From assembly GCA_029979375.1 (NCBI GenBank), contig JAPOHQ010000001.1, forward strand, positions 1 through 61,496: DNA of 61,496 nt, read 5' to 3'. The notes beneath the pieces are model-generated. The model did not search any database and was not told the origin of the DNA. It worked only from the letters and a program-made list of their open reading frames with translations. The stretch is from Microbacteriaceae bacterium (lineage in GTDB: Bacteria; Actinomycetota; Actinomycetes; Actinomycetales; Microbacteriaceae). Position 1 is the stretch's first letter. Every line of letters starts with the position of its first letter. This document shows positions 18,563 to 27,392 of this stretch, in pieces. Made by a program: the position numbers and the translations under genes.

Positions 18563-19517
18563 GCAGGAGATTGACGGCAGTGAGCTGTTCAACCTGTCGC
18601 TTACCATTCTCGGGTTGGTTCTGGAGGAAGGGGATCAGAACGTAAAGGAGCTGGCGGAACGCTTCTCCTTCAGTGAGAGGGTGATCCGGAAAGCTGTGGA
18701 TGCGGTCTCGAACAGCGAGGATCTGAGTAAGTGTGACACTCACTTCTACCTCAACTACGACGCCTACGAAGAGGAGGACATCGTGTCCTTCTCCTCAGGG
18801 AACACCAACCTTGCCGGGCCTCCGAGCCTCAGCAAGCGGCAGCTCAGCTCAATCGCGATCGGACTGGACTACCTAGCCTCGTTGCCACAATTCGAAACAA
18901 GCTCCGACTTGGCAGAGCTCCGGAGACAAATCCGGGAGAGTGCCCCGACACCGGTGACGTCGATTAAGTCTCCAAGGGGTGCCGAGCTGAGCGAAAAGAT
19001 TCAACATGCCATCAGCACGGCGGTTCAGATATCTTGCGAGTATCGCAACCAGTCTGGCGAGCAGTCAACAAGGCTGATTGATCCACTGCGAATGGAGTTC
19101 ATCGGCCGCAGGCAATACCTGCGTGGTTACTGCCACAAAAACTCCGACGTCAGGGCATTTCGACTAGATCGGATTCTTTCGCTCGAGCTGACAGCAAACC
19201 CAATCTCACCGGAGGCTGCCGCCGCACACATTCCCGACGAGGTATTTGGGGAGGGTCACGGCGAGCTGGAGGTGACAATCGCCGCACAACCCGAGGCAGA
19301 GCAGATCTTCTGGAACTTTCCGACCTCGGGTCCGCAGCGCGGCGAGGACGGCCGGACGGTGGGTAAGATATTGGTTGGAAACCTTAGAGCGCTGCCTCGT
19401 CACATTGTCCGCTACGGGGGTCTAGTCGAAGTCCTCGCACCCAAGGAAGCGAGGGAAGAGGTTAGGCTCTTCGCTCAGAGGGTGCTCGAGCCCGCTGCCG
19501 TGAAGGGTGTCGATTGA
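18555..19517 (+). CDS. pafC: WYL-domain transcriptional regulator PafC
   Basis: HTH ELAERF, RLIDPLR, YLRGYCH, RAFRLDRI, WCX tail (VEVLAP); overlaps pafB. Confidence 0.86.
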   Translation: MPKQEIDGSELFNLSLTILGLVLEEGDQNVKELAERFSFSERVIRKAVDAVSNSEDLSKCDTHFYLNYDAYEEEDIVSFSSGNTNLAGPPSLSKRQLSSIAIGLDYLASLPQFETSSDLAELRRQIRESAPTPVTSIKSPRGAELSEKIQHAISTAVQISCEYRNQSGEQSTRLIDPLRMEFIGRRQYLRGYCHKNSDVRAFRLDRILSLELTANPISPEAAAAHIPDEVFGEGHGELEVTIAAQPEAEQIFWNFPTSGPQRGEDGRTVGKILVGNLRALPRHIVRYGGLVEVLAPKEAREEVRLFAQRVLEPAAVKGVD

Positions 19518-19825
19518 GTTATATCTTGATTGTCGGTTTTGTTGCGATTGCGCTTGCGCTCTATGCGACTGGGCTCGCTGGCTACCGGCTGCTGCTGTCA
19601 GTAAAGAATCTGAGGGCCGAGGTTTCGAGATCAGAGTCGCTCGTCAAGCAGCTGAGCGATTATCCGCGCCAGGAGGTCATCCCTGCCCACCCCCACGGAA
19701 CCGATGACCTGGTTACAACAATCGCGCATCGCAGGGCGGTCATTCGTGCAAGAAGGCGTCGTGCCGAGGAGCGACAGCGTAGACTGGTGCAGCGTATTCG
19801 AGACATCGAAGTGGATAAGAGGTAG
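19514..19825 (+). CDS. Small membrane-anchored hypothetical protein between pafC and tatA
   Basis: N-terminal TM, coiled-coil-like middle, Arg-rich C-terminus; TTGA overlap with pafC, 2 nt from tatA. Confidence 0.7.
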   Translation: MSYILIVGFVAIALALYATGLAGYRLLLSVKNLRAEVSRSESLVKQLSDYPRQEVIPAHPHGTDDLVTTIAHRRAVIRARRRRAEERQRRLVQRIRDIEVDKR

Positions 19826-19827
19826 TC

Positions 19828-20016
19828 ATGAGACTTCAAGGCTGGGAATGGATCATTATTCTCGCTATCGTTCTGCTGCTCTGGGGAGCACCGAAGCTTC
19901 CTGCTCTGGCAAAGAGCGCGGCGCAGTCGATGAGAATCTTCAAGAAGGAAATCGATAAGACCGGCGAGCCCGAGGCTAACGCCAAAGAGGCCGAGAGCGA
20001 GAAGAAGCAAGACTAA
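19828..20016 (+). CDS. tatA: Twin-arginine translocase TatA
   Basis: GWEWIIILAIVLLLWGAPKLP..AKS..QSMRIFKKE; GAGG SD. Confidence 0.93.
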   Translation: MRLQGWEWIIILAIVLLLWGAPKLPALAKSAAQSMRIFKKEIDKTGEPEANAKEAESEKKQD

Positions 20017-20810
20017 TGGCTCGGCGCAAAAACAAAGAGCGCCGAATGAGCCTTGGCTCCCACCTCAGGGAGCTGAGAGTACGTCTTTCTTGGTCGGCGG
20101 GTTTCATAGTTGCTGGAACTATCGTCGGCTGGTTTCTATTCGACCCTGTATTCAAGATCCTCCAGGAGCCCCTGCTTGAGGTAACTCAAGAGCGCGGCAT
20201 AGAGGCAATTGTCAACTTCGGCACAGTGGTGTCGGCCTTTGACCTAAGAATTCAGGTTTCAATCTTCCTCGGCGTGATTCTCACGGCCCCGGTTTGGCTC
20301 TGGAACTTTTGGGCCTTTATCGCTCCGGGACTCAAAAAGAAGGAGAAGCGCTACGCGATCGGATTCGTCGCGGCGTCGCTTCCACTGTTTCTCGCCGGCA
20401 CATCCCTGGCCTGGACCTCGCTACCCGGCTTCGTTGTGGTGCTGATTGGCTTCACGCCAGAGGGCAGCTCAAACGTGATCAATGCAAGCGAGTATGTGCT
20501 ATTTGCAATCCGCATCTTGCTGATATTCGGAATTGCTTTCGTTATGCCGGTGGTGTTGGTTCTGCTCAACTTTGCGGGCCTAGCAACCGGCAGGGGCATT
20601 CTCAAATCTTGGCGCCTAGCCGTGTTCCTGATTGCAGTGGTGTCAGCTCTGGCAACTCCGACTGCGGAGCCGATGACGATGTTCTTGCTCATGGCCCCGC
20701 TATCAGCGCTCTACTTCTCAGCAATCGGCATTGCGATGGCTAATGACAAGCGTCGAGAGCGCCGCCAGGCAAAGCTAGTCGGTGGCGACGGTGACCTCGA
20801 GCTCGAATGA
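20016..20810 (+). CDS. tatC: Twin-arginine translocase TatC
   Basis: MSLGSHLRELRVRL, WAFIAPGL...EKR, six TM segments, ATP motif. Confidence 0.95.
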   Translation: MARRKNKERRMSLGSHLRELRVRLSWSAGFIVAGTIVGWFLFDPVFKILQEPLLEVTQERGIEAIVNFGTVVSAFDLRIQVSIFLGVILTAPVWLWNFWAFIAPGLKKKEKRYAIGFVAASLPLFLAGTSLAWTSLPGFVVVLIGFTPEGSSNVINASEYVLFAIRILLIFGIAFVMPVVLVLLNFAGLATGRGILKSWRLAVFLIAVVSALATPTAEPMTMFLLMAPLSALYFSAIGIAMANDKRRERRQAKLVGGDGDLELE

Positions 20811-23238
20811 GCTGAGCCCGGCTGAGCGCTACAAAAGGGCCAAGGACAAGCAAAAATACCGAGAGCTCGAGCTATTTGCAGCGGAGCTTAAGTTTCCCCT
20901 CGATGACTTTCAAGAACAGGCCTGCCGGGCGTTGGAGTCGGGGCACGGAGTTCTAGTTGCGGCGCCAACCGGGGCGGGAAAGACGGTGGTTGGCGAGTTC
21001 GCGATTCACCTGGCTCTTGCCTCAGGCCAAAAGGTTTTCTACACGACTCCAATTAAGGCCCTCAGCAATCAGAAGTTCTCGGAGCTCGTAGCGCGCTATG
21101 GCAAAGAGCGCGTTGGGCTATTGACGGGGGATAACAACAACAATTCGGAAGCGCAGATCGTTGTGATGACAACTGAGGTGCTGCGAAACATGATCTATGC
21201 CACCTCAACATCTCTCCGCGATCTTGGCTTTGTCGTGATGGATGAGGTTCACTACCTGGCAGACCGCTTCCGGGGGGCGGTTTGGGAAGAAGTGATACTC
21301 CACCTACCAAAGGATGTGCGGGTGATCTCCCTGTCGGCGACCGTCTCAAATGCCGAGGAGTTTGGTGCATGGTTGGCTGAGGTTAGGGGTAATACCAAGG
21401 TCATAGTTTCCGAGCATCGGCCCGTGCCGCTGCACCAGCACGTGATGTTTGGAGATGAGCTGCTCGAGCTATTTGAGTCCGGTTCAAACCAGATGCGCGT
21501 CAATCCGGAGCTGCTCCAAAAGCATCAGGCAAGGGCTAGGCAGCCAATTCGCGGTCGGGGAAAGTTTGGAAATCGGCCCCAGGACCGGCATCGGATGGCA
21601 AGGCAGTTCCCGCGTCTGGACAAGTCAGAGGTTGTCGAACGGCTCGATGACCTGCAACTGCTACCGGCAATCTTTTTCATCTTCTCCAGGGCCGGGTGCG
21701 ATGGGGCAGTGGCCGCCTGTCGAAGAGATGGCATTCGACTGACTAACAAAGAGGAGGCCCTCGAGATCAGGACCATCGCCGAGAGCAGGTGTTCGTCGAT
21801 CTCCGACGAAGACCTGGACACCCTTGGCTACTTTGAGTGGCTTGAGTCTTTGGAGAGGGGCTTTGCCTCCCACCACGCAGGCCTGCTTCCCGCATTCAAG
21901 GAGGTGGTGGAGGAGCTGTTTCTTAGAAAGCTGGTCAAGGTGGTTTTTGCCACCGAGACCCTGGCGCTTGGAATCAACATGCCGGCTCGCACCGTTGTCC
22001 TCGAGCGACTGGACAAATTCAACGGCGAATCAAGGGTAAATATCACTCCGGGGGAGTACACCCAGCTGACCGGTCGTGCGGGCCGAAGGGGTATCGACAT
22101 TGAGGGCCACTCGGTTGTGCTCTGGGGCTCTCAGCTCGATCCAAACCTGGTCGCCTCGCTGGCATCGAAGCGCACCTATCCGCTCAACAGCAGCTTCCGA
22201 CCCACCTACAACATGGCCGTGAACCTGATATCGGCATTTGGTCAGGAGCCGGCAACGAAGATCCTCGAGCGCTCATTTGCCCAGTTTCAGGCCGACCGGA
22301 GCGTCGTGGGGATCGCCCAGGTGATTGCCGACAAACAGAAGTCTCTCGAGGGTTACGAGGATTCCATGAGTTGCCACCTAGGCGATTTCAGAGAGTATTC
22401 CGGCCTGCGCAGAGAAATCTCAGATCTTGAGAGAGAACTCTCACGCCTGAAGGCGAGACTGGGTAAGGACATTCGCCAGAGCAAGCAGCTAAGGACGCTG
22501 GAGTCCAATCTCGGCAGGGCCCGCAAGGAGCTTCGCTCTCACCCCTGTCATGAGTGCTCTGACCGTGAGTCTCACGCTCGCTGGGGAGAGCGGTATCAAA
22601 AGCTCAAACGCGAGGTGGATCAATCAATCGCTCAGATGGAGAACCGCACCGGTCAGGTCGCAAAGGTTTTCCTGCGGATCTGCGACCTGCTTACAGAGCT
22701 GGATTACCTGCAACTGGTCTCGGGCGAGGTCACCGTCAGCGATGCGGGCAAACGGCTCTCCAAGATTTACGGCGAACGAGATCTGTTGATATCCGAGTGT
22801 GTCAACCGAGGCGTTTGGCGCGGCCTGGATCCAGCGGCCATGGCGGCAATGGCGGCGGCACTGGTCTATGAGGGTAGGGGAGAGGAGGCCGAGTTCGAGC
22901 CCAAGTTGCCGAAGGGTAACTTCAGAGACTCTCTGGAGGCCACCGAGCGCATTCTCGAGGAACTCACTGAGCTGCAGGAGGAACATCGTCTTCGCAAGGA
23001 GAGCCCGCTAGAGCTGGGTATGGTCTGGGGTATCTACCGCTGGGCCACCGGCTCAAGACTTGATGATGTTCTGAAGCTGACTGGGCTCCTTGCCGGCGAT
23101 TTCATTCGCTGGAGCAAGCAGATCGTCGACCTTCTGGACCAGCTGGCTGTGAGTGCAGACCCGGAGGTTGCTGAGACCAGCTACCGAGCTATCGATTTGG
23201 TCAAGCGAGGCATTGTCGCCTACAGCTACTACCTCTAG
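20782..23238 (+). CDS. helY: Ski2-like DEAD/DEAH helicase HelY
   Basis: APTGAGKT, PIKALSNQK, DEVH, SAT, ATETLALGINMPA, QLTGRAGRRG, DSHCT C-terminus (AGDFIRW). Confidence 0.93.
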   Translation: MATVTSSSNELSPAERYKRAKDKQKYRELELFAAELKFPLDDFQEQACRALESGHGVLVAAPTGAGKTVVGEFAIHLALASGQKVFYTTPIKALSNQKFSELVARYGKERVGLLTGDNNNNSEAQIVVMTTEVLRNMIYATSTSLRDLGFVVMDEVHYLADRFRGAVWEEVILHLPKDVRVISLSATVSNAEEFGAWLAEVRGNTKVIVSEHRPVPLHQHVMFGDELLELFESGSNQMRVNPELLQKHQARARQPIRGRGKFGNRPQDRHRMARQFPRLDKSEVVERLDDLQLLPAIFFIFSRAGCDGAVAACRRDGIRLTNKEEALEIRTIAESRCSSISDEDLDTLGYFEWLESLERGFASHHAGLLPAFKEVVEELFLRKLVKVVFATETLALGINMPARTVVLERLDKFNGESRVNITPGEYTQLTGRAGRRGIDIEGHSVVLWGSQLDPNLVASLASKRTYPLNSSFRPTYNMAVNLISAFGQEPATKILERSFAQFQADRSVVGIAQVIADKQKSLEGYEDSMSCHLGDFREYSGLRREISDLERELSRLKARLGKDIRQSKQLRTLESNLGRARKELRSHPCHECSDRESHARWGERYQKLKREVDQSIAQMENRTGQVAKVFLRICDLLTELDYLQLVSGEVTVSDAGKRLSKIYGERDLLISECVNRGVWRGLDPAAMAAMAAALVYEGRGEEAEFEPKLPKGNFRDSLEATERILEELTELQEEHRLRKESPLELGMVWGIYRWATGSRLDDVLKLTGLLAGDFIRWSKQIVDLLDQLAVSADPEVAETSYRAIDLVKRGIVAYSYYL

Positions 23239-23255
23239 AAATTAGGCTGGGTGCT

Positions 23256-24758
23256 GTGAAGGATATGCTCTGGCGGGCTCCGCTCGCACTGCTTGCGGGT
23301 CTGATAGCGCTTTATACGTTCCCAACCGAGAATGTCTGGATCCTGGCGCCGCTGATTCCAGCACTGAGCATCCTTTCTGTTCTAGGGGCGGGCGGGATCA
23401 AGGCGTTCCTGCTTGGCTTCATCACTGGCCAGGCCTTCTACATCGCACACATCGAGTGGATCTCGCTATACCTTGGCCCGGTTCCGCTGCTGGCGCTCAG
23501 CACGCTGATGGCCCTTTATTTTGGCTTGGGAACCGCCCTGACTGCTTGGCTTTATCGAAAGCTCCGTCTCAAAGGCAGGAACATCGCGCTCTTTGCTCCG
23601 CTCGCAGCTGCGGTCTGGACACTCAGGGAGTTTGTTGCGAACAATTTTCCATACGGTGGTTTCCCCTGGTCCCGCCTAGCGATGACCCAGTCCGACAGCC
23701 TGCTAGCGGCTTGGGTGTGGTGGGGCGGCATGAGCCTGCTGACCTTCGTTGTTGCCCTCCTGGGAGGATTACTTGCCATTGCGGCAAAGCATTTCAAGGA
23801 GCGAAAGCTCCCCAAGAGAGCAATGCTGGCAGTGTTCCTGCTCCTGCTCTTGATACCGGTGGTAACTCCAAAGGGCGTGACCACCACCTACGAGGGAGAC
23901 AGGGTCATTGCCGGGGTGCAAGGAAATGCCAACGCGGGTCTGTTCTCCAACGTTGACCAGGGCACAATCCTGCAAAACCACATCGATGCGACAGAGCTGA
24001 TTTTTGAAAGCGAGCTTGCGGGCGAAATTGACCTATTAGTTTGGCCGGAGAACGCGTCGGACATCGATCCGCTGAGGTCCCAGGCCGCCCGATCCAAGAT
24101 TGATGAGGTCGCCAGTCGAGTCGGGGCTCCGTTTACCTTCGGAACTATTACCAAGCGGGGGGATGAGACCTTCAACAGCACCTTGCTTTGGTATCCGGGG
24201 GTTGGCCCGGTCGATTACTACGACAAGAAACAGCCAGTTCCATTTGCAGAGTACGCTCCCGACCGCGAGTTCTGGCGACTGTTTGCACCCGACCTGGTTG
24301 ACATGATCCCCAGGGGATTCAGCTTCGGCCAGCGAGATGGCCTCTTCGAACTGGATGACTTCACAGCCGGAACGCTTATCTGCTTCGAGATTGCCGAGGA
24401 TGGGATCCTGCGAGAGCTCACCGATACTGGCGCGCAAGTGATTCTGTCGCAGACCAACAATGCCGACTTTGGCTATTCGGATGAGACGCATCAGCAGGCC
24501 GGTATCGCGCGGCTCAGGGCAATTGAAACGGGGCGCGCCGTTGTGAACATCTCCACCGTTGGGGTGTCAGCGATTTTCCTTCCAAGCGGCGAGATTCTCA
24601 GTCAGGTTGAGTGGTATCAGCCGGGTGCCATTGTCGAATCGGTGCCTATTTATTCCGGCAGCACACCGGCAATGTTTGTTGGTTCGATATTTGACTGGTT
24701 GATAGCCGCATTGGTTGCGGGCACCTGCGCATTTGCCTTTTCGAGGAAGCGGCGTTGA
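23256..24758 (+). CDS. lnt: Apolipoprotein N-acyltransferase
   Basis: GGFPW, QGN, WPEN, YDK..PVPFAEY, ICFE (E-K-C triad), RAIETGR. Confidence 0.94.
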   Translation: MKDMLWRAPLALLAGLIALYTFPTENVWILAPLIPALSILSVLGAGGIKAFLLGFITGQAFYIAHIEWISLYLGPVPLLALSTLMALYFGLGTALTAWLYRKLRLKGRNIALFAPLAAAVWTLREFVANNFPYGGFPWSRLAMTQSDSLLAAWVWWGGMSLLTFVVALLGGLLAIAAKHFKERKLPKRAMLAVFLLLLLIPVVTPKGVTTTYEGDRVIAGVQGNANAGLFSNVDQGTILQNHIDATELIFESELAGEIDLLVWPENASDIDPLRSQAARSKIDEVASRVGAPFTFGTITKRGDETFNSTLLWYPGVGPVDYYDKKQPVPFAEYAPDREFWRLFAPDLVDMIPRGFSFGQRDGLFELDDFTAGTLICFEIAEDGILRELTDTGAQVILSQTNNADFGYSDETHQQAGIARLRAIETGRAVVNISTVGVSAIFLPSGEILSQVEWYQPGAIVESVPIYSGSTPAMFVGSIFDWLIAALVAGTCAFAFSRKRR

Positions 24759-25465
24759 AGGCCTTGGTCCTGATGCCGACCTACAACGAGGTTGGCATTC
24801 TTTCAAGTAGCGTCTCTCACCTGCTTGCAACCGCTCCCGAAGTTGACCTCTTGATTATCGATGACAACTCTCCCGATGGCACCGGCAGGCTTGCTGACGA
24901 GCTTGCGGAAGATAACTCTCGGATATCCGTTCTTCATAGACCGGAAAAACAGGGGCTGGGGGAGGCCTACGTTGCGGGATTTGCCTGGGGGCTGGCACAG
25001 GATTACAGCCACTTCATCCAGATGGACTCGGACGGCTCGCACCGGCCTGAGGACCTCTCCGAGCTGCTCTCGGCGGCCGTGTCGGCCGACCTGGTTATCG
25101 GTTCGCGCTGGGTTGCCGGGGGAGAGGTGCGAAACTGGCCTGCAATCCGAATGCTTATTTCCCGGCTTGGCAACCGCTATGCGAGCTTCATGCTGGGAAG
25201 TTCGGTGAAGGATATGACGGCGGGCTTCAGGGTCTACAGCCGAGGCCTGCTCGAAGAGCTACCCATCAAGGGCATTCAGGCCCACGGCTATGGCTTTCAG
25301 GTCGAGATGACCTACCAAACCCAGCGGCTGGGGCAAAAGATTGTTGAGGTTCCCATCACCTTCGTCGAACGAGAGAGCGGTCAGAGCAAGATGACCTTGG
25401 GAATTGTCTTAGAAGCCTTCTGGCTTTGCACACTCTGGGGTTTGGGCCGGCTGTTTAGGCGGTGA
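24755..25465 (+). CDS. ppm1: Polyprenol monophosphomannose synthase
   Basis: PTYNE, DDNSPDGTG, MDSDGSH, GSRWV.GG, YGFQVEM; directly follows lnt. Confidence 0.92.
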   Translation: MKALVLMPTYNEVGILSSSVSHLLATAPEVDLLIIDDNSPDGTGRLADELAEDNSRISVLHRPEKQGLGEAYVAGFAWGLAQDYSHFIQMDSDGSHRPEDLSELLSAAVSADLVIGSRWVAGGEVRNWPAIRMLISRLGNRYASFMLGSSVKDMTAGFRVYSRGLLEELPIKGIQAHGYGFQVEMTYQTQRLGQKIVEVPITFVERESGQSKMTLGIVLEAFWLCTLWGLGRLFRR

Positions 25466-25814
25466 GACGGCCCTCAGAGCGACGCTTGCGCATGTCGGCT
25501 AGGACCTCGGCAAGGAGATCTTCGAGCTCATCTCGACTGCGCCGCTCCAGAACCATGTCGTAGTGGGTGCGGGCTGCTTCGGCATCGCTTGCAGCGAGGC
25601 TGATGCTTTTGCCGTTTTCCTGACGAATACCGATGGCATCGCACCTCTTGCACTCCCAGGTGTCAGGTAGTTCGGCATCGGCTGAGAAAACGACCTCAAA
25701 ATTGTGATCCGAAGGGCAGACAAACTGCACGCTCTTGCGACTGGAGAGCTCTACTCCCTGGTCGGACTCGAGCGATTGGGCTCCAAGTCGCATGCCGCGC
25801 ATTACCTCTGCCAT
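25455..25814 (-). CDS. rbpA: RNA polymerase-binding protein RbpA
   Basis: MRGMRLGAQSLE, zinc ligands CPSDH/CKRC, RTHYDMVLERRSRDELE; canonical position after lnt-ppm1. Confidence 0.93.
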   Translation of the reverse strand: MAEVMRGMRLGAQSLESDQGVELSSRKSVQFVCPSDHNFEVVFSADAELPDTWECKRCDAIGIRQENGKSISLAASDAEAARTHYDMVLERRSRDELEDLLAEVLADMRKRRSEGRLTA

Positions 25815-25837
25815 GATTTTCTCCTTTTAGTAAGGAG

Positions 25838-25863
25838 AACCATTTCCGGTCACAGGGGAGTCC
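25838..25863 (-). promoter_or_regulatory. Putative ECF sigma (SigR/SigH/SigE-type) promoter of rbpA
   Basis: Minus strand GGACT-N18-GTT, close to the GGAAY-N18-GTT consensus; rbpA is ECF-sigma controlled in Streptomyces and mycobacteria. Confidence 0.5.
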
Positions 25864-25886
25864 CGCTTCTTGGAAACTCACAGGAA

Positions 25887-26642
25887 TTACCCAGCGAAGA
25901 GATCGACTCGGTCAGAGACTATGCCGTCGGCACCCAGTGCCAACAGGTGTTGCATCTCCTCGGGATCGTTGATAGTCCAAAAGTGAACCTCGGTGTCGCA
26001 AGCTTGCACCCTTCGGATGAAGGACTCGGTGGCAAACCTGATGCGACCTGCGCTGGTTGGTATCTGAAGCGCTTGGACCTTCTTGAGGACAATGTTCATG
26101 CCGATGCCGAACGCGAGACGATGTGATAGCCACGCGGTAATTACCGTTTGCATAGAGCCAGAGGTCGCGATTGGGGCGCTCGTGCCGCGCAGGGCGCTTA
26201 GCCGCACCGGGTTCGAAAAGCTTGAAACTAGAACCCTGTGGTGGGCTCTGCGCTGCTCAATTGCCCGAATGGTTGGCTCGATAGCCGTTTTTGCCTTGAT
26301 GTCCAGGTTGAACCTGGCATCGGGGAGTTGCGCCAGAGCACCCTCCAAAGTTGGGATTCTTCCACCACCAATCAGCTCGATGCGCTGAACTTCCTCGAGA
26401 GTGAGCTCATTTACCATGGCATCTTCCCCAGCGATCCGCCTGAGGTCTGGGTCGTGGACCAAGACGGCATGGCCATCTTTGGTGGCGTGGGTATCGGACT
26501 CGAGATGCGTAGCACCGTGTTTTAGGGCTTCCTGAAAGGCCTCAATGGTGTTTTCGGCGATTCCGAGATGCTGGGCAAGGCCACGGTGGGCAAAGACTCT
26601 AGGTTTTGCGCCGGAGAAATAGGAGAAGTCGCTTGTTTTCAT
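25887..26642 (-). CDS. Glycerophosphodiester phosphodiesterase family protein
   Basis: AHRG, ENT, LESD, HD, NLDIK, HFWTIND, GADGIVSD; start set at ATG 26642 after a GGGGGA SD. Confidence 0.92.
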   Translation of the reverse strand: MKTSDFSYFSGAKPRVFAHRGLAQHLGIAENTIEAFQEALKHGATHLESDTHATKDGHAVLVHDPDLRRIAGEDAMVNELTLEEVQRIELIGGGRIPTLEGALAQLPDARFNLDIKAKTAIEPTIRAIEQRRAHHRVLVSSFSNPVRLSALRGTSAPIATSGSMQTVITAWLSHRLAFGIGMNIVLKKVQALQIPTSAGRIRFATESFIRRVQACDTEVHFWTINDPEEMQHLLALGADGIVSDRVDLFAG

Positions 26643-26666
26643 TCCGATTCCCCCTAGCATTTAGCG

Positions 26667-27269
26667 GTGCTCACTAGTTTCCCAGTTCGACTCGCCAAAT
26701 TGCTAGTCGGGCTTGTCATTTATGGCATCGGGGTTGGTCTTACTGTGCAGGCCGGGATTGGCCTAGCCCCTTGGGACGTATTAGCCCAGGGAATCTCAAA
26801 GCAGACGGCGTTGAGCTTCGGATGGGCCACGGTAACCGTGAGCATCATGGTTTTGCTGCTTTGGATACCGCTGAAGGTCAAGCCTGGTCTCGGATCGATT
26901 CTCAATGCCCTGATGATCGGATTGGTCGCCGATGCGACAATGCACGTCGTTACAGCGCCAGAGGGTTATCTCCTGCGGCTTGGCCTGTTCATTTTTGGCA
27001 TGGCAGTGATTTCATTCGCAACTGGAATGTATATCTCCTGCGGCATGGGGAAGGGCCCAAGGGATGGCCTCAACGTTGGAATAGCCCAGAAGTTCAAAAG
27101 GCCCTTCTGGCAGGCTAGAACTCTTGTTGAGGTGAGCGTTGTAACAGCCGGTTTTCTGCTAGGAGGCCAGGTTCGCGAAGGAACGCTGATCTTTGCGCTT
27201 CTGATTGGCTACATGAACCAGCTGGGGATGAGGCTATTCAAGCTGGTCGATAAGACCGGTCGTATGTAG
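26667..27269 (+). CDS. YczE/YitT family membrane protein
   Basis: AGIGLAPWDVL..G, KPGLGS, GKGPRDGL, GT motifs in a two-repeat membrane protein. Confidence 0.85.
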   Translation: MLTSFPVRLAKLLVGLVIYGIGVGLTVQAGIGLAPWDVLAQGISKQTALSFGWATVTVSIMVLLLWIPLKVKPGLGSILNALMIGLVADATMHVVTAPEGYLLRLGLFIFGMAVISFATGMYISCGMGKGPRDGLNVGIAQKFKRPFWQARTLVEVSVVTAGFLLGGQVREGTLIFALLIGYMNQLGMRLFKLVDKTGRM

Positions 27270-27326
27270 CAAAACCGGCACTGGCGCGGATTCAGGCCGC
27301 GTGGCACCACTTAGGTGATTGGGTAT

Positions 27327-27354
27327 AAAGCCGATAATAAACATTATGTCAAGT
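27327..27354 (+). other. dif site (XerC/XerD chromosome dimer resolution)
   Basis: AAAGCCGATAA-TAAACA-TTATGTCAAGT: 11-6-11 layout with the actinobacterial XerD arm; intergenic; dominant gene orientation flips around it. Confidence 0.9.
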
Positions 27355-27392
27355 TAGTTTTTCAGCCTGCTCCCCGCGCTGGATATTGGTTC

